NCBI GenBank assembly: GCA_051941275.1
Contig: JAVEBF010000044.1
Location: forward strand, 1 to 41,020
Direction: 5' to 3'
Length of the DNA stretch: 41,020 bases
From: Dirinaria sp. TL-2023a
Lineage: Eukaryota
Shown: piece after piece, positions 21,800 through 34,848 of the stretch
How the letters are laid out: each line of letters opens with the position of its first letter
Numbering within the stretch: position 1 is the stretch's first letter
Program-made: the position numbers and the translations under genes
Notes under the pieces: model-generated
Databases searched by the model: none
Seen by the model: only the letters and a program-made list of their open reading frames with translations
Told to the model about the DNA's origin: nothing

Positions 21800-22862
21800 G
21801 TTTTATGCAGTAATCCTTAATGCCCAGTCATGGGATTATTAACTCGAGTCAGATCTCTTGCGCCACTGAATCGTCCGGTGCTAAAGAAATATGTGTGCAG
21901 GCAACAAACATAGCACTGAGGAAGGAAGTTCTATGATCTATGGTGAATATAAAGTACATGTACGCAGCTGACATGTGGCGGCTAGCCCGCATAACGGGAT
22001 ATCATCGGCCTATGGCGGGGCCGAGGGGGTTGTCGTTGATATCAACAGGTGCAAGCGAGCATGTCTACGGTAGGCAAAGCGATTGTGCAACTTGACTGCA
22101 TACATGATTGGGACCACGATCGGGATTTTTATGCTGAGGGGGAAAATTTCACTTCTCTTCCATCATGCAGCCTTCTGTCAAAGCTGCATGAGTCACGAAT
22201 GATGGAATCGGCCATGTATTGTATGGAACAGTGTTCATTGATGTTGGATTAGAGTAAAAGGGAAGATCCTTCGGGACCGAGACGTGAGAAGGTCGCTTCA
22301 GTGTGATGGCTGATGACAAGCGGATGTTTCCGCTTCCCCGTCCCGTCTGCAACTAGAAAATTACTTCAGGATCCAAGCTGTGGGGGTTTTTGCCGCCATT
22401 ACCTAACAGACCGTCCTTCATGCTGAATACCCAAACCATCAACAGGATTCAGGACAGTCGGGCCCACGTGTATCGAGTCATTCTGATTCTCGGATGCCGG
22501 TGGATGCTCCCCGGTGTCATGTATGCCTTTCTGTTATATCAGTGGCTTGAAAATTGCGCGATTTTCTGAGCTGCATGATATGCTCGTTCCTGCAGTGCTA
22601 ACAACAACAATGAATCTCCTGGCTAGCGCGGTGAGCGCGGGTGTGTGGGCAGAGCGTCTAGAGAAAGATTCCGAGTGGTCATCGAACGCTATGAATACAG
22701 CCGCTGAATGAATGGCGCTCATTGCGTCAGTCCCCACTTCATCCTGTAATCCTTGGTACCTTGGAGACAACCAATGTCAAGTTTTTTGTGTTTCTCTGAA
22801 GTCCATTAATGTGATACTAGTACCATTGCTTCTCAATACATGGCCTCTAGTGGAACATAGGC

Positions 22863-23432
22863 ATGTATGCAATCGGTAAAGAAACCTTCAATACATTCGA
22901 GATCCGCCAAATCTTTCACTCCATCAAAGCACGAAGGATTAGATTCAAGAGAGACATGTCAAGCGTGTACGAAGAGTGTTGTCAATCATCCACTGTGTTC
23001 AAGGCGTCGCCGATGCGACGCGATCAGCGCAAGTGTAATAATTGCGGCGCTCCACGCACACACATTACCCAAACACCAAGGACCACATTGCATACGCTAC
23101 ATGCCACCATTGTTATCACATTGGCACCTATATGCGATAGAGCAGATTATATGAATGCCGTGCAGGCGGAGATTTTCAGCAGCGCAAGAGAGATGAAGGA
23201 TTATATGTCCATGGGTCCTGGCTGGTCGATGGCCAAACTTCATCTCGGTGAGAGGGAAATGCTGAACGGCGATCGACAACGAAGAAGGGAATGCGAGACT
23301 TATGAGAAAAAGACCGAGTGGAGGGCTTGTGCACAATGCAAGCAGACTGGGTACTGTGGCACGTCATGTCAGAAAAAGAATTGAAGAATCCGCGAATACG
23401 TCTGCAAGCGGTTATTCAAAGAACAGGTCTAA
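22863..23432 (+). pseudogene. Degenerate MYND-type zinc-finger protein gene
   Basis: The C-terminus reads CETY...CAQCKQTGYCGTSCQKKN*RIREYVC. It fits the MYND consensus except Cys2->Tyr (TAT 23301), conserved Trp->TGA (23382-23384) and His->Arg. The frame continues to TAA at 23430-23432. Confidence 0.6.
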
Positions 23433-24649
23433 TTCATCCAAACTCCAGCATTTGGAGGACTCAGAAGAAGGGCTCGGTTGGGTTGGGACAAAGCGCAGGA
23501 TACGGGGAAGTAATGTCCGTGAGTGTCCAGGCCTATCTACGAGATCACAGCAATCTCCATTGTCAAGACTTATCAAATGACATATTGATGTATCAGATGA
23601 CCAACACCAAGCATAGTTCATGATTAGGTTGGCTTGCACCGGCTAATGTTATGACATGTAATCATATTAGCGTTTCTCTGCCAGCACACGAATAAGTAGC
23701 TTTCTTTTCACCTTAATGTGCGTGATTTCCTCCTTCAGGTAATTACAAGTACATGGCATCAACAACAAGGTAGGGTCTATTGACTGGCTACTTCATATGC
23801 TGCCTCAATATCACATTTTTTTGATCTCTTTTCACTGCCGCCACGTCAATCTATTCTTTCAACATATCACCTTTGTCATTGATCATTCTGTGAGCCTCAG
23901 ACTCAAGTATATCCATTTTCTCTACTCTGACAGGATGCGAGTGTCAGACAAAGACGACTTAACGAAGTGACGATGAGCTGATTTATCACGAAGATGCCAC
24001 TTTTAAATAGAGAAACCTTTGAAGGCCAAAAACGTTAAAGAGAGGGAGGTGGAAACGAAAAAAAGAGGATGATGTTGATAGGACCAATGAAAGAAGAAGA
24101 GAATACGTGCGCTTGCTTACATATTTTCTGTCTCTTCTTGAATCTTTGAATCCTTCGAACTATCTCGTTTTTGACCATTATCACAAGCTTTATCGCTATT
24201 TATCTCGACGCTTTTGCTTATAACATATCTGTCGCAAACTGTCCTCTCTAAAGCTGTCTTTGTTACTCATTAATGATGCAATGTAACTGTCGTATCGAGA
24301 ATAAAGTACATCTAATCTTCATCGTCATAACATTCTATTATTGCTTCTTATCTTTCGTTTTCTCTCTCCCTCAATAGCACAGATTTCCAGCTTCTAACGA
24401 AGCAGCATCTTCAACAGGGGAGTCGAGACTTCTCAGTACGCATTTGTCTTCTATTTGATATTGTTAGATGCTGTCAGTGATAAGAATCGTGATCAGAAAA
24501 AGAGATCATGAAAGGCGCTAAGGGTCAGTCGATCTCGATGTCATCAAGCTTCAAGATTCCAAGAAGCAAGGAACACAGAGAATACTTGAGCGATCTATAC
24601 GTGACATATGGCGCAGGGTCACAGTTTTCAATTCAACATTAATCACTCG

Positions 24650-26294
24650 TCTGATGATAAATTCTACTTTCAGAATGGTCATCATTGACAGGATTAGACG
24701 CAACTTATATTCTGAGACCTATGCTTCTCTTGACAAGACTCTCGATCTGATTGACACTTGTTTCAGACCCGCTGACCATGTTTTGTTAACGAATCATCTA
24801 TCAACATCTCAATCTCACACTTCGCCGACTGCAAGCCTTGCACGCATGTCCTCCTTTCAAGACTCAAGCAACTTCTATATCTCACGCTCTAACGCTCTTT
24901 TCTTTAGGTCACCAAGGAACATCAAAGAGGATCACAGCAACGGAGACTTCGAAGTGCAAGCCGGTGAGAATGATGACAACGATTCAAATAGTAAATACCA
25001 CGGTATCTGAGATCTTGGGAACAGTCATTTCCGAGACCGAAGTTGTTTTGGCAGAAAGAGATTGAGCTTGAATTGAGGACTTGAGACAATTCTATAAAGC
25101 CGCAAAGACCTGCCCGTTATCGCAGACCACGAGATTCTGGGAGAATGATCGTATTACTTAGTACTTCTTTCCAATCTTGGTGGGCACAGTTATTGACACT
25201 TTTAGATCACGTTCGAAAGCTTCGAAAGAAAGTACGTTTCATTAATATATCATCTCATCAACGACGCGAGAAAGAACCTATCGATTGACATGAACTCCGA
25301 ACACTAATCATTGTGTAGTGAGCTCTAACATTAGATCCAGATAACGTCGTAGATGGGCTGTTGCAATGTATATTCGATGCATCGACAAGTTTCTTAGCTC
25401 GAAAGCACGTTGTCGTGAAGAAGTTACACCACGTATGTCTGATTTGCACGATTCAAAACCGCAGATAGATTTCGACGAATTTTTATTTGCTGATAAATAG
25501 TGATGTTGACGAGACATGAAATCTGTTCACAAACATTGCTCTGTGCTGTCCACGTCCATTGATCGATCACGTGCGATGAATCTCTCGTCTGAGCTATGAT
25601 ACTTATCTTAAAACAGAAAAACTATCGGTCGCTAATCAGGTTCTAAGTAGAATCGATTAGACGATTTCATATCACATACTTCGAGTCTGTCCGAATTCTC
25701 AGGACTTGCGATTCACGTATGTATTAAAATCAGTCCTCACGATGATACTCAACGCAATTAAGCATGATCGCTCTGGCAGGTTTGACAATCACAAAGAAAC
25801 ACTCAAAGCTTTATTGAACATGACGTGGCGTTTCCATCGATCAGCAACGTTCGAGATCTTAATGCAGTGACGCATCAATCGCCAAACCAGCTTTAGGATA
25901 TCGAAACAGAGACGATGACTGCAACGTCCGCTGTTTAAGTGGATTCAGGGGCAGCCCTTTGCCTTTGGTCGACAAACCCCCGCATACGAAGTCGAATGAG
26001 GCCAGAGACTATTGCGAGTGAATGGTTGTCATTAATGCTATTCTGACTCTCAATTCCCGCATCTTCCGCGACGCAGAGGACAAGGAGGTTCGATAGTATC
26101 ATGACTACTTCGAGAAAGACTGGAATCGGGCTTACAATGTCCTCCGATATTTTTGGCGCTGGTACAGCGCCGATGAACGCCAAGGCAATGAGCGGCTCCA
26201 GACCAAAAACGCAGAGCAGCCGACCTACATGACCGCGGCTAAAAATGCCTATCACGTCAAACTTAGCAAGCAATTGTCAACAAATCAGGGCTGA
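24650..26294 (+). pseudogene. Stop-interrupted relic of an unidentified protein-coding gene
   Basis: Protein-like plus-strand frames broken by stops, e.g. ...EARDYCE*MVVINAILTLNSRIFRDAEDKEVR*YHDYFEKDWNRAYNVLRYFWRWYSADERQ...NQG* (TGA 26019, TAG 26094, end 26294). Boundaries are approximate. Confidence 0.4.
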
Positions 26295-27012
26295 CGAGAA
26301 GCATTAATCAAGCAGCCATTACAGTATAAGTACAGCGAACTAAATCTCGGTATCAGCAAGTTCTATCAGATCACGACTGAGGAGGTATTCTTGCAATATT
26401 AATGTCTGACATATCATTACAGGATGAAGCGCGGGTTCCTAAAACGCACAATTGAGTTATACTCCACCCATCAAAAAACACCGGGCAAAATCAAAAATTC
26501 TATGCAAGGGCACTCGGGAGTCGAAGTGTGAAATTTTTGGAAGGCCAGGGAAGCCTCTCCGAAAGATAAGAAGTTCGATCAACTAGCGATGGTTTCAGTA
26601 GAAAGTGTCTCCGTAGACATACCGTCTCAGCTGTAGAACAAAAAAACCCGCTGAACAACCTCACGTCAAACACAAAACAGCTCGCGGTCTTAACTACAAC
26701 CCAGTAGCCACATCCAATGTATACTTCTTTGCACATACGAGCTTCGATTATTTCGAACTCTCGACATCTTGACATCCATTCTTAAGCTCAAAGACAAGAT
26801 GTATTATAATCCTGAGTGCAGGAGACGGTTTGGTAAAGGTATGCTGCTTCGATATTCCCTGAGCTTGCTGGATTTGGCATTGCTGGAAGGATGTAACCAG
26901 CTCTGAAAGAAATATGGACTTTCTGTGTATATCATTCGAGCGTTCCCTTGGTCCACGAATCAACGAGCGCAGGCCCACATAAGCCCTGTCTGCGCGAGTT
27001 ATGATCGGGGGG

Positions 27013-27033
27013 TTTTTTTTTTTTTTTTTTTTT
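27013..27033. repeat. Poly(T) homopolymer (21 nt) preceded by G6
   Basis: Direct reading of the sequence. Confidence 0.9.
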
Positions 27034-28530
27034 CTCTTTCCATCTTTTTGATGCGTATTCAGAGCTATGTCGATCTACTTCTCTAATTAGAAGTTTATAC
27101 TAATCTCGATAAATAAACTTCGGTATATCCCATTATCTCAACCACAGAACACCCCAAGAATCCCATCGCACTCTTCTTAAAATCACATATCGCTACATCC
27201 TATACTTCAGAAATAAAACAAGCCCATCCTAGCCTGTCTCCGGGCTTTTTTACCTTTGTTAGTTGAATAAATATCTATATACCTACGTTAGCACTATAAA
27301 CTCCAAGCGTAAAAGTAACAACCACATTCCTTTTCAGAATATGAAGCCTAGCCTCTACAAATTTTCAACGCAAATTCCGACATGACGATGGAGAAACCCA
27401 TCAATTTCAAATTCCCGTACTTAAAATTGCGGTGTACTTCACGAACGATCAGTCATGCTGTTGGCCTCGTTGCAGTACCGCTGCCATGTTGCACTAGATT
27501 TCCGTCGTTCAGTAGTATGCCAGGGTAGAGCCAAAGAAGGTATTAATATGCTAGAAGCCCGAGCTGAGAACCTCGAGCTATAAGGTTTCTTGTCAGGTCC
27601 CGCGTGGAAATGATTTTATGGCTCTGACGTAAAATTACTCAGCAAAAGAGAGATCTTGCAAGCGCAAATAGATTTCTTGTAATTGGATTGTCGGCGTTGG
27701 ACTCATTTGAATTGATCTCACCAAGATCTCGCTTTTACGGTGGATTTGCCGTATGATGACTAGCAAAATGCTTTAAGCTCGAGAAAATTTTAAATAGTCA
27801 GTGCTTGGAAGATGAGAGGATCAAAGTTGTTCGGAAAGGGGGTGTGCATGTGGTACATAGAGAAAGAGGAAGTATAACGATTTTACTTTGTAAGATATAT
27901 ATATTATTTCTGGATATGAATAAGTGCAGGGACGAGTAATCTATGTCCATGCAATGCAATGACGGAGTCCAAACTCTGTCGCACAGGTCTCGCAGAAAAT
28001 GGGCAAAGGAAGCTTTTTTTGAAAAGATGACTTAAGTTCTCCGAGATCTTGAGGGTCTTCCTATAGAAGATTGCTATGTACAGATAATATTTCGATTATA
28101 ATAAAGATTTAAATGTATAAGTAACTGGGAATACATCTATACCTGTACGCGAGGGATTCGACTTTAGGTACTAGTATCGTACTAATGGGAACCAACATTG
28201 TTGAAGATTCGGATAGAAGATCGTCAATGCAGAATCTTGCCGGAACCATGGATCGATGCCGCGCGTGCCAGCTGAAGACCGTAAGCGAAATTAGCTCATG
28301 GATAGTATGTTATGATCCATCGGAAGGCAGAAACTTCTAAGAGGCCAAAATATAGCATGAGTGGGACAGGTGGTGAGAATTTGGAAGAGTGTAATGAGCG
28401 AAGCCTTGTTTCCCGGTGGATACTGGTTTTTTTAGTGGCGTACTTCATAAATCATACGCTCGAGTCAGGTGCTTTATACGCTTCCCCAAATCATACTTTG
28501 CAAGTTTCCTCGACGTCTCAGCACCAGCAC

Positions 28531-29607
28531 TCAGCTAGACGGCTTCCACGCATCAGCGTCTCCCCATCGATCAACCGAGATACCGGAGCTGCCAGGATGT
28601 CTAAAGCCGGCCTCGAGCTGTCGCTGGTAGCTCACGGTGCGGAGCCTCTCACTTTCACGCGGCGTGAGCTGAAGGTAGATCTCCACGCCGACTGCGTGCA
28701 AAAAGAGGGCGAGCCAGCCGGCCGTACCGAATGTCAGATTCAGAGCAGTTTTAACCCCGACATTATCGCCAAAATCCGCTTTCACGGCAACCCATCCGTC
28801 AGTAGTGCCGTTGGTAAGGCACTGCGGGTAGTTGGCTTCGAGTAAGCTTAAGTTATTATACACAAAAGCGATCTCAGTGCAAGGAATGGCACTATAATAA
28901 TCGTTGCTCGAACTTATGATCAGAGCGCTTATGATCATAATGATGCGCAGTGTGACGATGGACCCGGCGTAGAACCAAGTGCGCAGCATCCAAGCACGGT
29001 GTTGGTCTATCTGAAGGCGTTTGATGTTGTAGTAGGCTAGAAGAACACCAAGAGTGGTCATTATAGCTAATAGTCCCACGTACACTTGAGTTGCCATGGT
29101 ACCACCGAAGGCATGGCGAGCAATCATCAGAGCACCGACGTTGGCTAGCAGAAGGAGGAGGATAATGACGTAACCGTTGATGCGGTGAAAAAGCAGCGCT
29201 TTATAGCGAATGATCGGAATAAACTGGGAAGAAGACTGTCAGAGGGACTTATCTGTTTATGCGCACGAGATGAGAACATACCTGGAATACCACCAAGATA
29301 CCGGCTGGGAGTATTGTAGCAAGATGGAGTGTGATGCCAATTTTTCTAAATCCATGGTTTTCCCAATACCACTCTCCAGGTGCTGATCCTTCACGGAATT
29401 TGCCGTTGATCGAGAGGTATTGTAATCGGGCAAGGGTAAAGCCGAATAACGCTCCAGCGAAGACGAACCCTGTAAAATGAATCATGAGCAAAGTCCTCAT
29501 CGTATCCGAAGCGAGAGACTCTCACAAAGGATAAAATTGAACCCTTTCTTGAATCCAATGGCATTGTGGACCTTGGCAAAGCCGTTGGATGACTTCTCAG
29601 CCCCCAT
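28531..29607 (-). CDS. Multi-pass membrane protein, DUF2306-like, about 320 aa, 3 exons
   Basis: Exons 29607-29526, 29469-29282 and 29223-28531 splice in frame. Motifs: GF.KGFNFILW, APGEWYW, LHLATILPAGILVVFQFIP, HRINGY, ARHAFGG, QIDQHRAWMLR; several hydrophobic helices. Confidence 0.8.
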
Positions 29608-32600
29608 TTCCGTATGAACAGTGTAGAGAATGTTGGGACAGAGAAAGTACAGTAAACTGGGAGGTGTGAAATCAAGGAACCTATAACATACGCGAGCAAG
29701 CAATTGTCGAAGCTTGCGTTGAAATATTATACATGTAAGCGGAGAATTTACGGGCGTAGCTTGCTAAGCATTCAATGTGCATCTGCATGCCTCATGCTGA
29801 CACCGTGCAGTAGGCTGCAGCATGACCATACGACGATTAATTGGTGTTTCCATACAGTACAACTCGTAACTCTGTAGTGCAAGCAAAAACTCTTATAAGT
29901 CCTGCGAATGCAGAGACGAGATCTCTCATGATCATCAGCATGCGTCCGATCTACATACCAAGATTATCTTACCGAGAGCCCTGAAGATCCGAAATGCGAG
30001 ATGAACCGTGATGGACGAACTCATCACAAGCGGCTATTGGGCGCTAAGATTTCTGCAACCTTATCTCTTTGAACTCCGTACTCCGGCCAGAGGCTTGAGC
30101 CGCTTTTTCCGGAGTAGGAGTAAGTTGAAAGTGGACATTTCTGTCGTCAATCTGACTTGCAATGTCTGTTTCCCCCTCATCTTGTGTGCTTGTAGCCATA
30201 TTCTGCTCATGAACGAGCATTTCATACACCATTCATACCAGATTTCCATCAACTATCGCTAGATGATGACTTGCGTTCGCCCGTGAAAAAAAAAAGAAGG
30301 GGTTCGGAATGGATGTGTTAAAACGTGCATTCGGATTTGGATGTGTGTCTGACTTGACTGGTGCAATCGGACTTGAAAGCGTGTCTATGTTATGACTGTT
30401 GCGGCTATGAAGCAGTGATTTGTAGACCTCGGAAGGCACCTTCTCTGTACAGTTTAGTGTGGACTCGGGTGAAAGACTCCCCGAACACCGAAAGACCGAG
30501 ACTTTTTTCGTCATCGAGTCATCATAATAATACTTTAACCCTAAGGTAGCAAGATGCATCCTCGTACTCGTACACAACGCATGAAGGGATTATCAGCTGA
30601 CCATTCTGGTCACGGCCAGCACTGTGCCATGCTGATACTGGTAAGCTTCGGTCAACAAAGAAGCAAAAGCAAATCGCTCGGCGATAGATGCCCTCCTTGT
30701 CTCCTGAATTAGCTGGTCAGGTTTTTTTGGCGACTTAAGCGTCTTCCACAAAACTCAAGAGCAGCTTCCACGAACTTCATCTTTGAAAGGTCCATACCAC
30801 CTCGACACTGGATTGAGTGACTCAAAAATTCATGCCAGAGTGTGTCTAGCGAAGGTGTGGCAGAGGGAAAATCCATTCGACAGCACGGACATCGTCAGCC
30901 TATCGCTTGATGCGATTTAGTCTATAAGATTGCTTCACAAGTCTTAATATCTCTTGCATGAAATGGATCCATGGATTTGGGCATTCCAACTTCGTTGGCA
31001 GAGAATAGACCGATCGACCACAGTGCGGCTCTTCACTCCAATTCCTTAATTCAGGCTCATACTCTCTGATAATTTTCCGCGTCTTTTGACTTCCAATAAC
31101 ATCTCTTTTTGCCGATTATCCAGTCTTCCGTCGCTATAGAGCTATTCCTGCTGCTCAGATAGTCAATAATGAAGTCTAGAACATATTCTGTTTAGCGGCA
31201 ATTGAAAATCTCAGTTAGCACTTCATCTGGTCTAGGGTTTTGAGGCTTTGTTCAAGAATTGACCAAGTTCGGCTGAATCGTCAGAGGCATGTATGGTTCC
31301 TGAGTGCCTCTTGCGATGCTGCTTTGCCAACATTAGATGATTCTATATCAATGCGCTCAATGAACAATGGTGGTATGTATTCAAGAAAGCAGCGGCTGAT
31401 CTCATTCGTCGGGCATCATTCCAGTTCTGAGGGATATTAGATTAATACACAAGTCTCAATTAGACACCGTTCAGAATTTCTAGCACAAATCATGCCTTCA
31501 ACCCCTCGCCCAATCAAGGAGAAATGCCATGCTCCAATTGGGTCACTGGTAGAGTCCCTCTCGTAGTAGCATTCAAAGCCTCGCGACTTCAAAGACTTGG
31601 CTTACTAGCGCCTAAGCTCTTGATGGAGGCCAGCTGTACCAATCAATCCTTGGCGGGCAAGTGCACTTGGGTTCATCAAAGCTTCACGGTAGATGATCCA
31701 GTCAATCAAATGTAGCCGGCATCGCGGTGATACCCTTCTTAGTGCGTTGCATGTTGGACGGCTTTGACTGTGCCTGGTTCTTCAGGAGAGCTTTTATTCA
31801 AATTGGCCTTATCAGCAGGATGCTGGATAAGAGTCTAGCAGAAACTTGCTATAGAAGATTCTGTACGTTCTGGTGAACGCTTCTCTGCTAATACCGCTTT
31901 TTAATTGAAAACCAGTCTGCACTCCAAAGTGCATTTTAAAAGGACGTTCGAATCTCATTAAAACCTTATCTTTCTCTTTCAGAGGTATTTCCCTTGTCAA
32001 ACCACGGCTGGCAGGCTTATCCGTTGTAAGATCCATGAGCCAGTAATAAGCAGCAAAGAGCAGATCAGACGACTGCCCAGCAATGAGAGATTCATCCACA
32101 TCTACAAGCCAAAGATCCTCGGCATGTTCGCCTGTGTTACTGTCTACCTGAGATCAAGACCCAGGACGATTATCCCAGCCAAGTGTCTATGAAGCGTAAA
32201 CCTTGATGCATGACTCAGGTTTTACTACTGATTCTTCGACGCAAGAGGATAGCATACGAGATCGTTTTTGACCGATTGACCTTCTCAATTCGAGACTTTG
32301 TTCAACCTAGCTCGATGAGAGTCTGGTATATGTCTGCCTATTACATGAAATCTATTGTCATAGAACAGCCCTGATGGAATGTAACACAAGAACCGGAAGG
32401 TAGTACCGCTAGTACATGGTACTTAGTCTGGCAAATAAGGCCACAAAGAGCACTCACAATAGCCTGAAAGATAATTTCATTATTAACTCTTTGTCGAAGG
32501 CATGTGTCAAATCAGAAACCCAATAACTTAACAATTCGACTGCAAAACAATTCTGCAAAATCCTCGAACTTCCCTAACAGCCCAAAACGAAAAAAAATAT

Positions 32601-32611
32601 TACTACTACTC

Positions 32612-33022
32612 ATGGAGTCATCTGTTTCTCGACGTACCTGTAATATATGTCACCTCCGCTCCTCAACACGGCTCTGTCTCGCATGCTACTCAACCAACCA
32701 CACAAAAATACTTAGCTACTACCAAAGTCGCCTCAGCGACATCACAGAACAGCTGAACGCTGTTCCAACCGCGCTCGGTTTCATCAACAGCCGCTTTCGC
32801 ATGCGCATCAGCAAAGTTGAGCGGGGCAGGGAGCTGGCGATCAAGGATGGAGACATAGACGACTGGGAGATCTTGATGGAGCAAGAAGCGCGTGTGAGAC
32901 AGATGTGGGAATCGGAGAAGGCGGCTTTGCACAAGCGGGAGAGAGAGCTGGAAGCAGCTCATGATAAGTATATTCAAAGATGCGATGAGGAGGTGAAGGC
33001 ACTCGGAGATCAGTTGAAATAG
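32612..33022 (+). CDS. Hypothetical 136-aa protein with N-terminal CxxC-x8-CxxC and C-terminal coiled coil
   Basis: ATG at 32612 follows an AT-rich leader. It contains CNICHLRSSTRLCLAC and an E/K/R-rich helical tail (EQEARVRQMWESEKAALHKRERELEAA). Confidence 0.55.
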   Translation: MESSVSRRTCNICHLRSSTRLCLACYSTNHTKILSYYQSRLSDITEQLNAVPTALGFINSRFRMRISKVERGRELAIKDGDIDDWEILMEQEARVRQMWESEKAALHKRERELEAAHDKYIQRCDEEVKALGDQLK

Positions 33023-34329
33023 AAATCGCTGCTTCTTGACTGAATTTTTCTGATACTTCCCGCGTTTTCGTCAATTTGAAGTCTCAAGCTTACCTATCTG
33101 GCGGACGATCTCTCCCATTCGCAAGCAGTAGGCAGCTCACAGATCATTCTTACCGCACAGCCTGATTTCTGAGTGTGAATACTGCTAGGAAGGGTTGGAA
33201 TGTATCATTGAAGATCGAGAGAGACTGCTGGTGGTCTTGATAGCATGATTGATGAAGTCATAACCTAGACACTGTTCTTTTTTTATCCACGATAGCTTCG
33301 TAAACAGCCTATGCTACATTTCAGCTCTAATTCTGAGCCTGTGATATGCGATGTCGGAGGGAGCTATTTTTCAATCAAACACTCGAATCGCACTACCAAG
33401 AATTCCTACTTGGCAAACCCAGCAAGGAGCTGCTCAGAAATCTGGCGCGATGAGTATGACGTCGCACTTCAAATAGGCTTCAAGCAAACCCATCATTTGG
33501 CAATATTGCGGAACTTTTGTTCGCTATTACCAGACCATACTCGAAAAAAGAGCCGACACGAGCTCACGCTCTGCTGAGAAAAATACATTCAGAAAAGAGA
33601 CTCGGAACAAGATGCCTTCGGGCTAATAAGAGTCCGCAGGATCCATGCTCCAGCATTGGCAAATTGGCAGAGAGGAGATTTGCATGCTGAACCATCTTAA
33701 GAATGGTCGATCCGGAGCCTAGACCCGGCTACGACGCGTTTTTGATTTCGGATTCTCGGTTCGGAATGGAGTTTGGAACAGCCATGTGCGAAAGAAGCAT
33801 TGGAATGAGTGAACAAGGGGTGGCCTGCAGAAGACCCTTTGGGCAAGATGGCGCCTTTGGATGTCGAATAAAGCACGTGTATATCGAGTCGAGATTCAAT
33901 GTACATAAGGAGATCTAGCGAGATACTTGTGCTTTTTTCCTTCCGTGACATCAACCAAGGGCTGATGCCGATTCCGAGGATAGCTGTGACCGGATGTTCG
34001 ATGCGATTGAAGTTTTGATGGCTTGCCTTGCGTTGCTGCCAGAATGCTCTATCTCTGGAATGTTTTTGGCACAACGTGCTCGATCTTTGATCCAACGCTC
34101 AGATCGCCAATTCTCACGGTTACCTGACCAAGCTGTGCCTGCGTCTCCGCGTGCTAGTTGCCCGTGCTCTGGAAAGAACATAGTATATATGAGGCCCCGA
34201 CTCTTCACTTCTCAAGGGTAAGTGACATCCATTACGTTCTGGACAACTGTGCAAAGATTTTATCAGACCGAAATCGAAACATCCAGCCTTTGCAGTCCCA
34301 GATCCAGAGCTGTGTGGAGCATACCAAAT

Positions 34330-34848
34330 ATGCAGATCCACTCAATCCGTGGCAGTGGTCCAATCTTGGTGGCGATCTTGGCTTGCTTTTTCGTAAGTTC
34401 CTGTCCTGGATCTGGACCCTTGGGTCAGGGTTGAGCTAATGAGAGGCATTAGGGGTCCCTATGTAAGGCTATACCTGTTGTCGCGATCCAGCATACAGCC
34501 GTTGCACATTTCTCGAACTCGAGCATGGCCTCATTAGCCTCGAATTCCACGTCTACTTCCAGCTCCTCGACCGTACCAAGTCCGACCAAGCCCACTCAGC
34601 TCTGCGGAAGTCGCGGTATGGCTGCATGTCCTTCAGACCTCAGCTGTGTCGTCAACACACAGAAAGTCAATCCAGGTCTAGTGGCCGACGTTCCAGGCTC
34701 ATGCGTCCGATTGGATGGACCTGCTTGTGGTGGAAATACTGGAGCATCGTGCTCGGATCCAGAACAAGTCTGCGTGGATGATCCAAAGGATACTTGCAAT
34801 CCTTGGTTTGGAGGGCTAGATTGCCCAGGGATCTGTGTTGTGTTCTGA
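34330..34848 (+). CDS. Small secreted cysteine-rich protein, about 152 aa, 2 exons
   Basis: Exon 1 (34330-34392, MQIHSIRGSGPILVAILACFF) and a canonical intron at 34393-34452 (GTAAGT...GCTAAT...TAG) supply the signal peptide missing from the ORF-track call at 34525. An S/T-rich linker follows, then two CG(G/S)..G..C repeats with 10 Cys, including CVDDPKDTCNP..GG.DCPGICV. Confidence 0.8.

Noticed and set aside
28312..28845. 177-aa plus-strand ORF
   Set aside because: Largely antisense to the well-supported DUF2306-like gene, with no motif of its own.
30000..32100. Scattered short ORFs
   Set aside because: No recognisable domains or coherent exon structure.
33300..34300. Short ORFs upstream of the Cys-rich gene; similar ones at 34850-35970
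   Set aside because: Fragmentary and unassignable; possibly gene relics, but unsupported.
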